Below, one piece after another: positions 14,362 through 26,999 of a DNA stretch of 64,000 nt. Made by a program: the position numbers and the translations under genes. The stretch comes from Amoebidium appalachense (Eukaryota > Protista > Ichthyosporea), in assembly GCA_963693365.1 (NCBI GenBank), contig CAVNZM010000007.1:7499962-7563961 (forward strand). The letters are read 5' to 3'. How positions within the stretch are numbered: position 1 is the stretch's first letter; every line of letters starts with the position of its first letter. The notes beneath the pieces are model-generated. The model made no database searches. It worked only from the letters and a program-made list of their open reading frames with translations, and had not been told where the DNA came from.

Positions 14362-15345
14362 TACACAAGGTGCCAAGGCCCGCTCGGAGCAATCCAAGTT
14401 ATGTGGGGAGCAAGCCAGGCCTGTCACAGTATTACGGAGGCCCTTACGTATAGGGAGATGGATTGCATAAACCGTGAAAAAACACAGAAGTTCATAATTT
14501 ACCACTAAATCAAAAAAAAAAAAAAAAAAAAAAAACCCCCCCGAATAACAATACGACAGTGTGTATCTGGGGCCTAAATGGGGGGGCTGCCGACGCCTCC
14601 AACCCCCGCCGCATATAGAGGCCTGACGGCCCCTTTATGTAACTCGTCATGAAGAAGCGGAGTCGGCGACGCTTCGACATCTCAGTATTGGAGTCCGGCA
14701 AGCCGCGGTTTGAGTCCGTGAGTCCGTCCGTCCGTGAGTCCGTGAGTCCGCCCCTGAACGGGGCAGAACGATTGGCAGAGATCAAATAGCCTTATATGGT
14801 AACTAACGAGCATGTAATGCCGCGGACGTGGGAGCGGGGCAAAACTATTGGTGATCGTGTTTCATGTTATTGCTCATATGGTCCCATGGTGATCGTGTTT
14901 CGTGTTTGCCAGAAGATTCGGGATTTTCTGGAAGTCTGCTGTGTCGAGCGGTCCGGTAGGGCGTGCTATAGTACAGTGCCTCCGCGATATTGTCACACCT
15001 TAAAACTGTTAAAACATAGAACATACCAAGATGTGACAGGATTGTACAGGTCTAGGGGACACTATATATAAGGGGATTTTAGGGGGATTTTAAAGTGCAA
15101 TGAATTCGGGTCGGGTCGTCAAAAATAGTGACGATATCAAGAGATGAACATATGGGGGTGTGATGCCATGATACCGCGGAAGCACTGTACTAATTGCAGT
15201 CAATCGATGCGGTAGGCTGCGGTTTGAGTCTGTGCGCTTCCGGCACAGGCCACCGTTTAAAACAATGTTTTAGCATATTGCAGTCCGGCAGGGTGCGATT
15301 TCTAGAGCCTGAGAGAGCCGCCCTAACTGTAGTATCTGAAAGGGT

Positions 15346-15642
<297 letters not shown>

Positions 15643-15653
15643 ACTGTTCCCCC

Positions 15654-15693
<40 letters not shown>

Positions 15694-16024
15694 ATGCACA
15701 CATGCACCTCCTCCCTCTCACATGCTGGCACTCAAATCTCTCACACTCAAGCCCTCCACCTCCGCTTCTTCATGATTAAGGCAAAGCCCGGCAGGGCGTG
15801 CCGTTACTAGTGGATTGAACCGCTCCCCCCTGATTTTGACGTCATCGGATCGTGTTTTGTCCAATCAGGTGCGAGTGAGGCTCCGTTTGAAGAACCAACT
15901 TTGAAGTGCCGCAAGGAGTTCGAAGGGTAATTATACTTCAAAGGAAAACCGTTGTAATCGGTGGGGCCCGACTTAGCCTGAAGGGGACACTAATGATCAC
16001 GGTGTGGGAACATTAACGGGAGCT

Positions 16025-16082
<58 letters not shown>

Positions 16083-16293
16083 GGCCGGGGGAAGAGGGTT
16101 GGGGGAGCCTGAGAAAGGGGGGTGCAGGGTAGGGAGCAAGGAAAGGCCCCCGGGGGGACTCGGGGGGGGGGGGGGGGGGGGGGGGAGGGAGAGAGCCAGG
16201 AGGGGGGGGGGGAGGGGGGGGGGAGAGGGGGTGGCGGAGTGAGGGGGGAGGGGGATGGGGTGGCCCAAGCCTTAGGGGAAGGGGGCGGCCGGG

Positions 16294-16338
<45 letters not shown>

Positions 16339-16523
16339 GGAAGGGTGGGAGAGAGAGAGGGAGGGAGCTAGAGATCGATAAAGAGAGGAGGGTGGGCAGG
16401 GGGTGGGGAGGGGGGAGGGGAGAGAGGAAGAGAGCCTCGGGAGGGAGGGGGGGGGAGGAGAGAGCGAGAGAGAGGGGGGTAGGGGGGACTGGGGGGGGGG
16501 GGGGGGGGGGGAATAGAGAGAGA

Positions 16524-16556
<33 letters not shown>

Positions 16557-16662
16557 CCTGAGACTCGAATGAGAGAGGAGGATTTGATATGGCAGGAGGG
16601 GACGGTAAGGTGACACTGTACCCTTGATGTGGGAAGGGGAGGCGCGGGGGGCCCGGGGGAGG

Positions 16663-16725
<63 letters not shown>

Positions 16726-16728
<3 letters not shown>

Positions 16729-17081
16729 CGTGACAACATGGCGGAGGGGTGCCGGCAGAGGGGTGATTTTTTACCCCTCCGTGGAGTCACCCCTCCGTCA
16801 CACTGCAGAGGGGGGCAGAGGGGTTTTTCAGCAATCGCGGAGGGGTGTGGGTGCGTGGCGGAGGGGTAAACCTGACACTGCAGAGGGGTGTTTTGGGCGA
16901 CGCAGAGGGGTGCACCCCTCTGCCCCTCATAAGTTACCCCTCCACCGCGATGTTGGTACGCCTCCGCGAGTGTACATTTAATGCACCGCAGAGGGGTAAG
17001 CGCGGAGGGGTTTTTGATATGTGACACTGCAGAGGGGTGGATATCACTATTGAACCCTCGTTTCGCAGAGGGGTATCCGGT

Positions 17082-17124
<43 letters not shown>

Positions 17125-18669
17125 AACATGTACACCGCGGGCGCGCAGGCTGAGGCCGATGTAGGTACAGCTGCAGCTGCAGGTACAGCTGCAGCCTGAT
17201 CAGATATCATTTGGCAAACGTGAACCCGGCCATGCACTGCAGCACTGCATACACTCTAGCTGATATCCGGGGGTTTAATATGCCGTTGGCATGGCAATGG
17301 CATGCCATGCCAGCATCATGCGATCATGGGACCCTTTTCTTTTGATTTTGATTATGCATAAACCGTGACTTGGTAAATAGTGTGTGCATTCCGGAGCTCC
17401 AAACCGCCGTGTACATATGTACATCATACGGTAGGCTAGATCGCGGGCGCGAGAGCAACTTGATTAGCTGTGCGCACAGCTTGCATATGTATCCACCATC
17501 CAAGGAATAGCATGTGTGCTTGTATCTGATACAAGAAATGCAATTGCATGCTCTACTAATGTATTGTAATTACTGAAAAGAAAAAAGTGGCCAAACCGCC
17601 CAAACTAAACTTTGAACACATAACATAAAAAACGCTGTGGCCTTATTGGTTTTAGGTCATGACTTCGTTACTCGTGTGTACGAGTTGCGGGATTACATGC
17701 ATATGCATTGCTTTGATTTTGCATTTCAGAATGCCTGATAACTATGTCTGGTCGGTAAAGGGCAAAGTCGCACAACTTAAATTACTAGGGTTTTGTTTGT
17801 GCATTTCCACCTGACAGAAACAAAGAAGTAGCAATAAGTTTGCTCAGCCGTAAGTTGATTGTCATGTTGGCGATTTCTCGGGTAACAACAAGCTAACAGT
17901 ATGTACGGTTCCATAAATCACTTTCCATACCGACCAAGTATGACGGTTCTTTACAACCTCGGCCTGAAGACCCCCCCCCCCCCCCCCCCCCCCCCCCTTT
18001 GGCCGCCTCTCCCACTTCCCCCTCCTCCCCCCCCCCCACCCCACACTTATACACACACATGCACAAAGACGCATGCGCGCACACACTCATGATGCATACA
18101 CACTCCCCCCTTCGGCCCCATGCAACATGCTCCTATTATGTGTACCACAACTAAAGAAATAACCATCTTCTGCGTATCATGATTATGCTCGTGTATTTAT
18201 TTCCCCTACTTGTCTCTTCTGAGTTTTTCAACCACTCTCAACAAACCCCAGGGACGAAGCCACCTTTATTCCCCTCCCGATCCCCCCCCCCCCCCCCCCC
18301 CTCCCCGGGGCCGTTTGAAAAGTTGCACGTGAATGTATTGCATGCTTTACTTTTTCTTCTCTCCTTTAATATTATAACTATGTTTTCTAAACATCTAATC
18401 CTCTCCTTTGGAACCCTTAGATGCAGGTGCTTACATCTTGGAAGTGGCTTCGCGCTTTTTGGTTGCTGTCTCGTTATATTTATCTCTCAACACCCCCTCC
18501 GCTTCGCCTCTGCTGTATATGCCACATAAGCTGAGTATTTCAACGGTTTATAGTATTGTCTTGTCTCTATCCCCCCCCCCCCCCCCCTCCCCCATCCTAT
18601 CTGCTTCGAGGCCCCGTGCGCGTAGGCAACATTGCATGGTGCCCGGCCTGATGTTTGACAATGAGAAAG

Positions 18670-18714
<45 letters not shown>

Positions 18715-19012
18715 AGAGATTCCCCCTCCACCCCTCATAAGTTTCCCCTCCGAGATGTCACATTTACCCTCAACCCCTCGGCGTCCCCCTCTGCAGAGTC
18801 ATCTTTGGGCATGTTTTTATGACCTTGCGGAGGGGTGGCAGAGGGGTGTACCCGTCCGCGCACCCCTCTGCGGAGTCACAAAAACCCCTCCGCACCCCTC
18901 CGCGATGTAAGAAAACCCCTCTGCAATGTCCTGTTTTATGGGCAGAGGGGTGACTCCGCGGAGGGGTAAAACTCACCCCTCCGCCGACACCCCTCCGCCA
19001 TTGTGTGTTCCC
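16726..19012. mobile_element. Non-autonomous foldback-like DNA element with modular inverted arms
   Basis: Arms at 16726-17085 and 18712-19012 are built from GC(G/A)GAGGGGT motifs in both orientations. The outer ~65 bp are imperfect inverted repeats (ATGGCGGAGGGGTG(C/T)CGGC(A/G)GAGGGGTGA..TTTTACCCCTCCG(T/C)GGAGTCACCCCTC). No intact ORF inside. Confidence 0.7.
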
Positions 19013-19885
19013 GGGGGGGGGGGGGGGGGGGGGGGAGTTAAACAACCTGAATTCAAAACCCGGTGTATTTTTTTATCGCCAATGAGGCCTACGTACCTGA
19101 GCACGCTTGAATCGTGTTATGCTGCGCAGTATGCATGATCAGGCAGGGGAGAGCTGAGCTTAATGCCCGGGGGCCGGTGGAGGAGAAAGAGGGGTAGGGC
19201 CCGGGGGCCCGGGGGGGGAGGGGGGAGGGGGGGGCAAAAACATTATTGCAGGGGAAGGGCATAGTAGCCTTGGCCCAGGAGGGTATGTATGGGACTCCGG
19301 AAAGGGGGGGGGGGGAGGGGGGGGGGATAACTGTCGAATAGGCTGCTGATGACGGTTTCTGCCAGATCCCCCCCCCCCCCCCCCCCCCTTCCGCCCCCCC
19401 TCCACCCCCCCCCCCCTCCCTGACACCTCCCCCCCCCCTCCCCCCCCCCCCCCCCCCCCCTCTCCCGGACAAACTACCACTGCTGCCATGTGCAAGCCAC
19501 ACCTCCAGTGGCGTACCGGCGGCTGAGGTGTTGCAATCGCAGGCCGTGAAGAGATTTCCCATATATGGTGTGAGTGACTGTTTAGCCAATGGGAATTACT
19601 GCGGTGAACCAATAGAACTTGAATCATTGTGACATGATCATGTCATAATAATTGACCAATCAGGCTGTTGTTGTGGATCTAATCAGACTTAACTGTTCTT
19701 GCCTGAATTCTCCCTAGCCGAATCATTAGAATCCCTCCTTGTAGGAGGATTTGGTCTTAGCCTGTTAAGTATGATGAAAGCTCAGGCTTTTACACCACTG
19801 TGGCTCTGCCCGTTCTTAACGTTTCAAACCAACCAACCTCTCCCCCTCGCCTCCCTCCGAGACCCAGCCCCCCCCACAACCCCCC

Positions 19886-19933
<48 letters not shown>

Positions 19934-20580
19934 CACCATCACCGCCACCGCCCGCACCGCCACCGCCCCCACCCCACCACCACCACCACCATACACAAGT
20001 GTACACAGTTTACACTCTCACACACTCACCAAAACTCATATCCCCACGATCTAAAGCTCTTGTGCTCCCTACCAGACACCCAAAAGGATATGCTTGTGCT
20101 ACTGTAACACCTGCCATAACGGGATGTAAGGTCTTGAACTTCCGGCTCAGCATAGTATCGGTTGCTTAGTATCCAAGTTCATGTTGATGTAAATTTTGAG
20201 TTGATAGATCGTTCCTTATATGGCAATTTACATATGTACATTAGAGCTGAGCATGACGTGGGTCTCTTTAACTCAGACATGTGTGGCCCGGCGGTGAACA
20301 TATTCCAACGGTTGAGCCGTCCAAGGCACCGTCTGGTAGGCGGCCGGAGAATGTTCATTGGCCCAGATGGGGCCACCGGGCTGAACAATCCATTAAAGCA
20401 TGAGACTCTTTAAACGGTAAATAAGGCAAACCTCACAACTTTGCGTAGGTGACTCGGAGGATTTCAATATATCTTCGGTCGGATTCCTGATAACGGACAG
20501 TTATTCCGTGTCATAATTCTTTAATATAGCATTCCGCCGGCATAATTCTTTAATATATGTAGGATGCCATATATGGAACT

Positions 20581-20658
20581 TTCAAGTTGTATTTATTCAA
20601 AATCTTTTATCATCCCTGCTTCAAGTTGTATTTATTCAAAATCTTTTATCATCCCTGC
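20581..20658. repeat. Perfect 39-bp tandem duplication
   Basis: TTCAAGTTGTATTTATTCAAAATCTTTTATCATCCCTGC x2. Confidence 0.9.
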
Positions 20659-20728
20659 TCAACGTGCAAACAAGCACAAATATGTTTGATAGAGCACACT
20701 GTAACTCCCCCCCTCCCCCCCTCCCCTC

Positions 20729-20768
<40 letters not shown>

Positions 20769-21226
20769 ACCCGTTTCCGCCGAACACTGCCTCTGCGGTC
20801 ACTGCAAACTCTAAAGGCACCTGGTCCCCGGATGGAAATTCTTTAGGGGGAAACAGAAACTTTGACTATGGCGATGCACAATAGGCAATAAAATAATGGT
20901 GCAGTGCAAATGTTAACCAATTTGCGCATTGCCAAACAATGCAAGCCTTGAGAATCTGCCCCCCCCCCCCCCCCCCCCCCCCCTGCCGTCCCCACCCGGG
21001 GATTTGAAGTTAAACTGTCAGTGATCTTGCAAATGGTGGGTTACCGCGTCACTGCCGTAGTGAAAGATCTGAATAATCAATAAATCAGAAACCGTGCAGG
21101 GCGTAGAACTTCGGCAGAAATAATTGAAGGCCATACATGATCCACCACTTGCTACCGTTCCTGCACACCCTGGCTTTGCCTAGAATAGCAGCACCCAGGC
21201 AGCGCGTGCAGGCGCGCGCGTGTTAC

Positions 21227-21321
<95 letters not shown>

Positions 21322-22305
21322 CTGTGTACGGTGGGCCATGGTGTGTGTGTGTGTGTGCTGTGCCACGTGTGGGTGTATGTGGGGGGGGGGGGGGGGGGGG
21401 AGGGAGGGGAGGGGGCAGTCGGGCGGGGGGAGGGGGCGGAGGAGAGGGGGGACGGAGGGGGGGGGGGGGGGGGGGGAGGGGGGGGGGGGGGGGGAGGGGG
21501 GGGGGGGGGGGGAGCGAGAGGTATCAGGTGCACTATGTATTTGGCCCACAGACTAGATATGAGGTGCCGTGGCTGGATGCGGTGGTAGCATAACATAAAG
21601 GCACTAAAAAGTATGATATTCGCTTGAACTATTTTGGTGATCGCAGGCCTATTAACTCCATACCGGGAGGTGCACATTCTAAGTTGGCATGCTATGTATA
21701 CCAGAATAACACTATGTAGTAATATGCGGATCATCATGAATCGTTACGGTTGCTCCACCGCGGACTCCGTATGCACTCGTGAGGGCCGAAGTGTAATGAC
21801 ATTCTTGCACGGGGGGCTGTGGGGCAGGGCCGGGGGCAAGGGAGGGGGTTAAGGGGAGGGGGTGAGGGGGGGGTGGGGGGAGGGAGGGGGGGGAAGGGGG
21901 GGGGGGGGGGGGGCATTCACATGATTCATGGCCAATCAGCAGCCCCTGAGCCTGGTGATCGCCGATGATCTGCTCGTTGTGAACGTTGAGGTTAGCTGGC
22001 GGATTCATCATGATCATAATGCGTTGTAACATGAGAGTTTGAGATCTGTGTGAGGCTGTAAATTGAGTTCAATTCTTCAAGCATAGCCGCTCAGTCTACG
22101 TAGAGCCCAGTGATAGGTTGCCGTCACAGTGGAGTCCTCAGTATGTTATACAATTAGTACTCGTAGTGGGTATCGGGCGGCTGTGAATTGGACTGATGGC
22201 AACTGTCACGGTGTGTCTGCAGCTCGGTCAATAATGCAGGATGATTTGTCTCCTTTCTTCCTAATCTTCCCTTCTTCCTTTTCCTTCATATCCCTTCTTT
22301 CTCCT

Positions 22306-22341
<36 letters not shown>

Positions 22342-22591
22342 ACCCCCCGACCCTTTCTTTTTCCTTTTTTTAAAGTTTTGGGTTGAATTTGTGCGCCTCT
22401 CTCTCTCCCTCTCCTCCTCCCCCCGACCCCCCCCCCCCCCCCCCCCCGCCGGGCCAACCCCCTCCCTCTCTCCCTCTCTCCCTCTCTCTCTCTCTCTCTC
22501 CCCCCCCCCCCCCCTCCCCCCCTCTCTCTCTCCCCTCCCCTCTCCCTCTCCCTCTCCCTCCCCCCCCCCCTCTCTTTTTTTTCTGTGTGTG

Positions 22592-22703
<112 letters not shown>

Positions 22704-22706
22704 AGG

Positions 22707-22747
<41 letters not shown>

Positions 22748-23645
22748 CTGTGAGTAAACAATAGTGTCGACGTACTCGATGACAAACTATATTACTGAAT
22801 AGTGTTATCCCTCATCTAAAAATGGAAAGGGCCCATACAAACGGCACGCAGAGCGGAGCAATGCTTAGGGATGGATGGCGATGATCGAGTTTAGAAAGAG
22901 AACCAAATCCGGGAGTGAGGGCTACGGACTGCACATATACTGTTGGCATCGTTTCTTGAGTACGCTAAATGGTTTAAGCTTTTCGAAAAGTATACAGCTT
23001 TAATTTCATTTTTGGCTTTTGCGGCAACCGCAAGACTTCTTCATACTTCTGTGAATCATTGGTGATATTGTGTACACTGTACAGCCATCATGCATCATTA
23101 TGGTTTACAGAGTCGCATGTACATACACGAGAGAGATGTCATTTTGCGCATGGTTAAAAAAGGGAATCAAAGAGAATATTGTTTAGTTTTAAAAAAGTAA
23201 TCTAAAACTATTCAGGAACTTCAAGTATGCAAGATTTAGGAAACAAAACTTTAAAGCTGCATGGTTGAAACTACGTACTGTATGCCAAAGTTTGCCAAGA
23301 ACTACAGCTCAGCTTGCACTGAAATAAAGACTCATACCATATCGAGGTTTTTCAAAGAACGACAAAATGAATCACCGGAGTTTGGAATCATACAGAAACA
23401 TCATACAGCCTAATTGGCAAGCCCCAAAAGTAGTGTTACATCTAGTCCGTGTGATAGGTTATCATGGGGGGCAAGGGGAGTTTCACAAATACGCTTAATC
23501 AATCATGGATTGTGCCAAGGTGAGTGTGGTTGTGTGCGTGTGGATAACAGGGGTGATCGAAAGAGATTTTGTGATCATATGTGTAATTTTTAAGGAGGCT
23601 GTGTTTGCATGTGCCAGTGTCGTGCAAGATGTGGGAAAACAAGTA

Positions 23646-25214
23646 CTACATGCCTATTAAGTAAACTAGGCTAGTGACACTCAGAAGCCAATTTCCAGTC
23701 GTCCAACTAATCTTAAAGTAACCACTTACATGCCCGTTACAGGACTGCAAATAAGAGGCAAACGGGTTCATTCCACAATTCAAAGCCCTGACGCCAAACG
23801 AAGCCAAACTACCCAGGAGACACCCCAAAACCATAAACCCAACACACATGGACGTGGCGACGGGTCTCAGTTTTCCCTCCACTAGCGTAGGGGTAACTAA
23901 CACAGTCTGAAACAGGAAAAACCCGTGCGAGAGTGCAAAAACCATGACGAATATAATGGGCAATGCGTCGTGCATGAACACCTTCGGCATCACCGACGGA
24001 ACATACACTCCCTGGTCATAATCCCAGCACCGCGAGTTGCAGAGTAAGAAAACTGGGAGAAACCCAACACGAAGGGTGCTTCCAATAGCAATAACCATGG
24101 GCTTGAGTTGAACACGACCTGCAACGAGACGAACCAAAAAATCGCATGTTGTGTACGGAATGTAGACGCTGATACTGCCCCATAGAGAAGTGTAAAACTT
24201 GCTGTTGAGTGAGCCGCCGAAGGAACCCACTGGAGCGATAGACCCGGGGACGGTTGGGTAAATGGCCAGCGTGATGAAACAGAGAAGGAAACACGAGTAG
24301 TAAACCAAACCAACGCTTTTTAGCACGTAGAAATAGTCTAACCATGACACGTTTCCTTGCTCTGTATGGTTGTTGCTAGCGGCTTCCGTGAATTCTGGCT
24401 CGTGACCCTGCGACCCTATTGGTGTTCCTAAATCGTATACAACACCGTCGTATGGTGTCTCTCGTCCTACTTGTTTTGTCTCCTTCAATTTTTCTTCTGC
24501 TTTCTCCTCCGTTTTCGTAACCACATTCGTGCTGCCGACTTCCTCCGTGCGGCTGAAATAATACATCACGACCTTCGAGCGGGACAAAATGACGTAGTTG
24601 AAGCAGCAAACACAAAGTGCAAACAATGCGATACCAAAATATATGGTTGCGGCGCCTCTAATATCTGGTGCAAAAAGGATCGAAAAAAAATTGAGCCATG
24701 CAACGATGACACCGGAGGATGCCTCGCCTGATAGCGCGAATGTGGTGTAGATTGGCGGAAGTACGGAGATGACGGTGAACAGGCATGCCTCATAGGACCC
24801 AGACGCAACGGAAGACAACGACAACATAAGTATTGTGATGAAGAAAAATAGGTCACCCTTCTCTGCGTCTATGTGTACAAAGGTAAGGAAGAGCAGGTAA
24901 CATAGAATAAGTGCGGCCTGGGGGACCAGAATTCGGGCTCTTAGGGACACGAGATGTTGGAATCTTGCTACAGAGAAAGTGGTTATGAGTGCAAGTCCCG
25001 TGTAAAGAAAGATGTAATAATTCATGTAGTTGCCGTAGAACCTCGATCCCATGAGTTTCCATGACCAGTATGAGGTGATGGTAAGAAAAGCATTCCAAGG
25101 AAGAATGCAGCCGAATCCTTGAAGGAAAAAGGATGCCTTGGTGATGGCAAAACGGTCACGTGGTGCCGATGTTGGTTCACTCATTCTCTGGCTGTCTATA
25201 CGAGGGCCTGGCAT
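23646..25214 (-). CDS. Equilibrative nucleoside transporter (ENT/SLC29 family)
   Basis: 522-aa ORF with many hydrophobic segments and ENT motifs: FFLQGFGCILPWNAFLTITSYW, GEASSG, FITLAIYP, CDFLVR, LRVGFLPVFLLCN, FALSHGF. The true C-terminus may differ because of a GTAAGT donor at 23729 (possible 64-nt intron, then FT*). Confidence 0.92.
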   Translation of the reverse strand: MPGPRIDSQRMSEPTSAPRDRFAITKASFFLQGFGCILPWNAFLTITSYWSWKLMGSRFYGNYMNYYIFLYTGLALITTFSVARFQHLVSLRARILVPQAALILCYLLFLTFVHIDAEKGDLFFFITILMLSLSSVASGSYEACLFTVISVLPPIYTTFALSGEASSGVIVAWLNFFSILFAPDIRGAATIYFGIALFALCVCCFNYVILSRSKVVMYYFSRTEEVGSTNVVTKTEEKAEEKLKETKQVGRETPYDGVVYDLGTPIGSQGHEPEFTEAASNNHTEQGNVSWLDYFYVLKSVGLVYYSCFLLCFITLAIYPTVPGSIAPVGSFGGSLNSKFYTSLWGSISVYIPYTTCDFLVRLVAGRVQLKPMVIAIGSTLRVGFLPVFLLCNSRCWDYDQGVYVPSVMPKVFMHDALPIIFVMVFALSHGFFLFQTVLVTPTLVEGKLRPVATSMCVGFMVLGCLLGSLASFGVRALNCGMNPFASYLQSCNGHVSGYFKISWTTGNWLLSVTSLVYLIGM

Positions 25215-26764
25215 ACGTGTTTAGTGGTCGGAATTTTGAAAGTATATATTAGTACCAACAGAAGACCGATGATCTGCCTAATTGTTTTGGTGTGTCTTTT
25301 TTACTCTTAGGTGGAAATCTCCAGTGTTAATTGCATAAGAATGTGTGACCATCACCCGATGTGTAAAGCACGGAAGTTAGCGGCACGAGCTTTCATTTAC
25401 TTCAATACATAAAATGTATTGCAGGAACCGTTGTAATAACATCGAGTGCTCAAGAACTTTTCTCTGGGCGTTGGGCTGGGAGATCACAAAGCTGCAACCT
25501 TCAACCTCGCGCTGTTACACTCTCCCCCGAGATCTCTCTGAGTCATCTACCTCCAATATATACCTGCAACACACGTCTAATCTTCAACATATAACCTCGC
25601 AACCACATATTTATGCGCAGAGGTCCTGATGTGGACCCCTGCTTTAGTCAGTCCGTATACGTAAGTAGAAGTCAGTGAGTCAGGAACACGAGAAGTTGTG
25701 GCCAGGCAAGAACAGAACGCAACGCAACATGTTGCAAGGCCAGTAAGGAATCGGGCCAATCATAACGTTCAATCGCACATAGCTCAGCGGGGGACCTGAC
25801 ATCAGGAAAATACCAAAGGGTGCGCGTGTGTCCAATCGGATGCATGGCGACAGCTTCACCGGTTCTCTTTTTTTCTCTTCTCATGATACATGAACTTTTA
25901 TAAAGTATTATTTGACAAATATTGGGCAGAGAAACAAAGAATAAGTGGGTTATACTTTTACACAGGTCGTACGCCCTAATGTTATACCTACGTATAAGCG
26001 GAAACTACTACGGTCTGACCCCAACTCTTTCCAGCAGCAGGGCCTTAGACTTCAATATCAGGCATTTTCGTGAATCTGGATATGCCATTTTTCCTATAGT
26101 TTTCATATATTTAGAAATCTGCACAGTACCGCTCATATATGTGGATTATCCTTATTCTCAAAGCCTTTGGTGTTTTCCTTTAGGATAGTTGCCGGTTAAA
26201 AAATTTAAGTTCTTATAAATCATCTATATCAGAATAACATGCTAAACTCAAATCTGTGACTTCGAAATCCTATTTTGTAGACAGCACCCCCCGCTCGAAG
26301 AACAAAGGGGGATTCAACGTGGCGCTCTTGCGCCCCATGAGGTAGTCGAATAAATCTAAATACATTCCATCACTTTCTGGTTGCTCCGGCCGCTCGGACA
26401 TCCGAGCGTCGTTCGTTACACTAGCTGGCACGCCCCACTATATAGTAACTGTGCCCTCAATCTCATTATCATAGCTGAGATAGCTATCTTTATATATGTA
26501 CAAGTATTCTGAGACTCGTCTAATAAGATACTGGCAGGCGAATGCGGGGCTCCCGTCTGCTAGATGGGGCCGGTGGCTCATGCCCCTCGCGCAGGTAATT
26601 ATCCAAAACGTTAACTGTTATGAGAAAACGAATGTTGAAGAGTGTGTGTGTTTGTGATCCACGTCCTGTGTGTGTGCATGTGCTCATGTGTGTACACGTG
26701 TGTGCGTGTGTGTGTTCCTATGTGTATCACAGTGTGCACATGTACATGTGTGTGTGTGTGTGTG

Positions 26765-26814
<50 letters not shown>

Positions 26815-26964
26815 CACGGTTCCTGTCGCGAGAAACTAGGAGGTACGTGTGCGGGGAAAGTCTTTGGGCGTTTGGGACAGGAAGAGAGGGGTGGGGTGGG
26901 GGGAGGGGGGGAGTAGGGGGGGGAGGGGGAGGGGGGGGGGGGGCATATGGCCATACGGGGAAGT

Positions 26965-26999
<35 letters not shown>

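Noticed and set aside
15837-15865. TGACGTCA plus CCAAT promoter-like pair
   Set aside because: No associated gene found; short motifs are expected by chance.
19690-20413. Coding-looking fragments on the minus strand
   Set aside because: Could not assemble a consistent frame or recognise a family.
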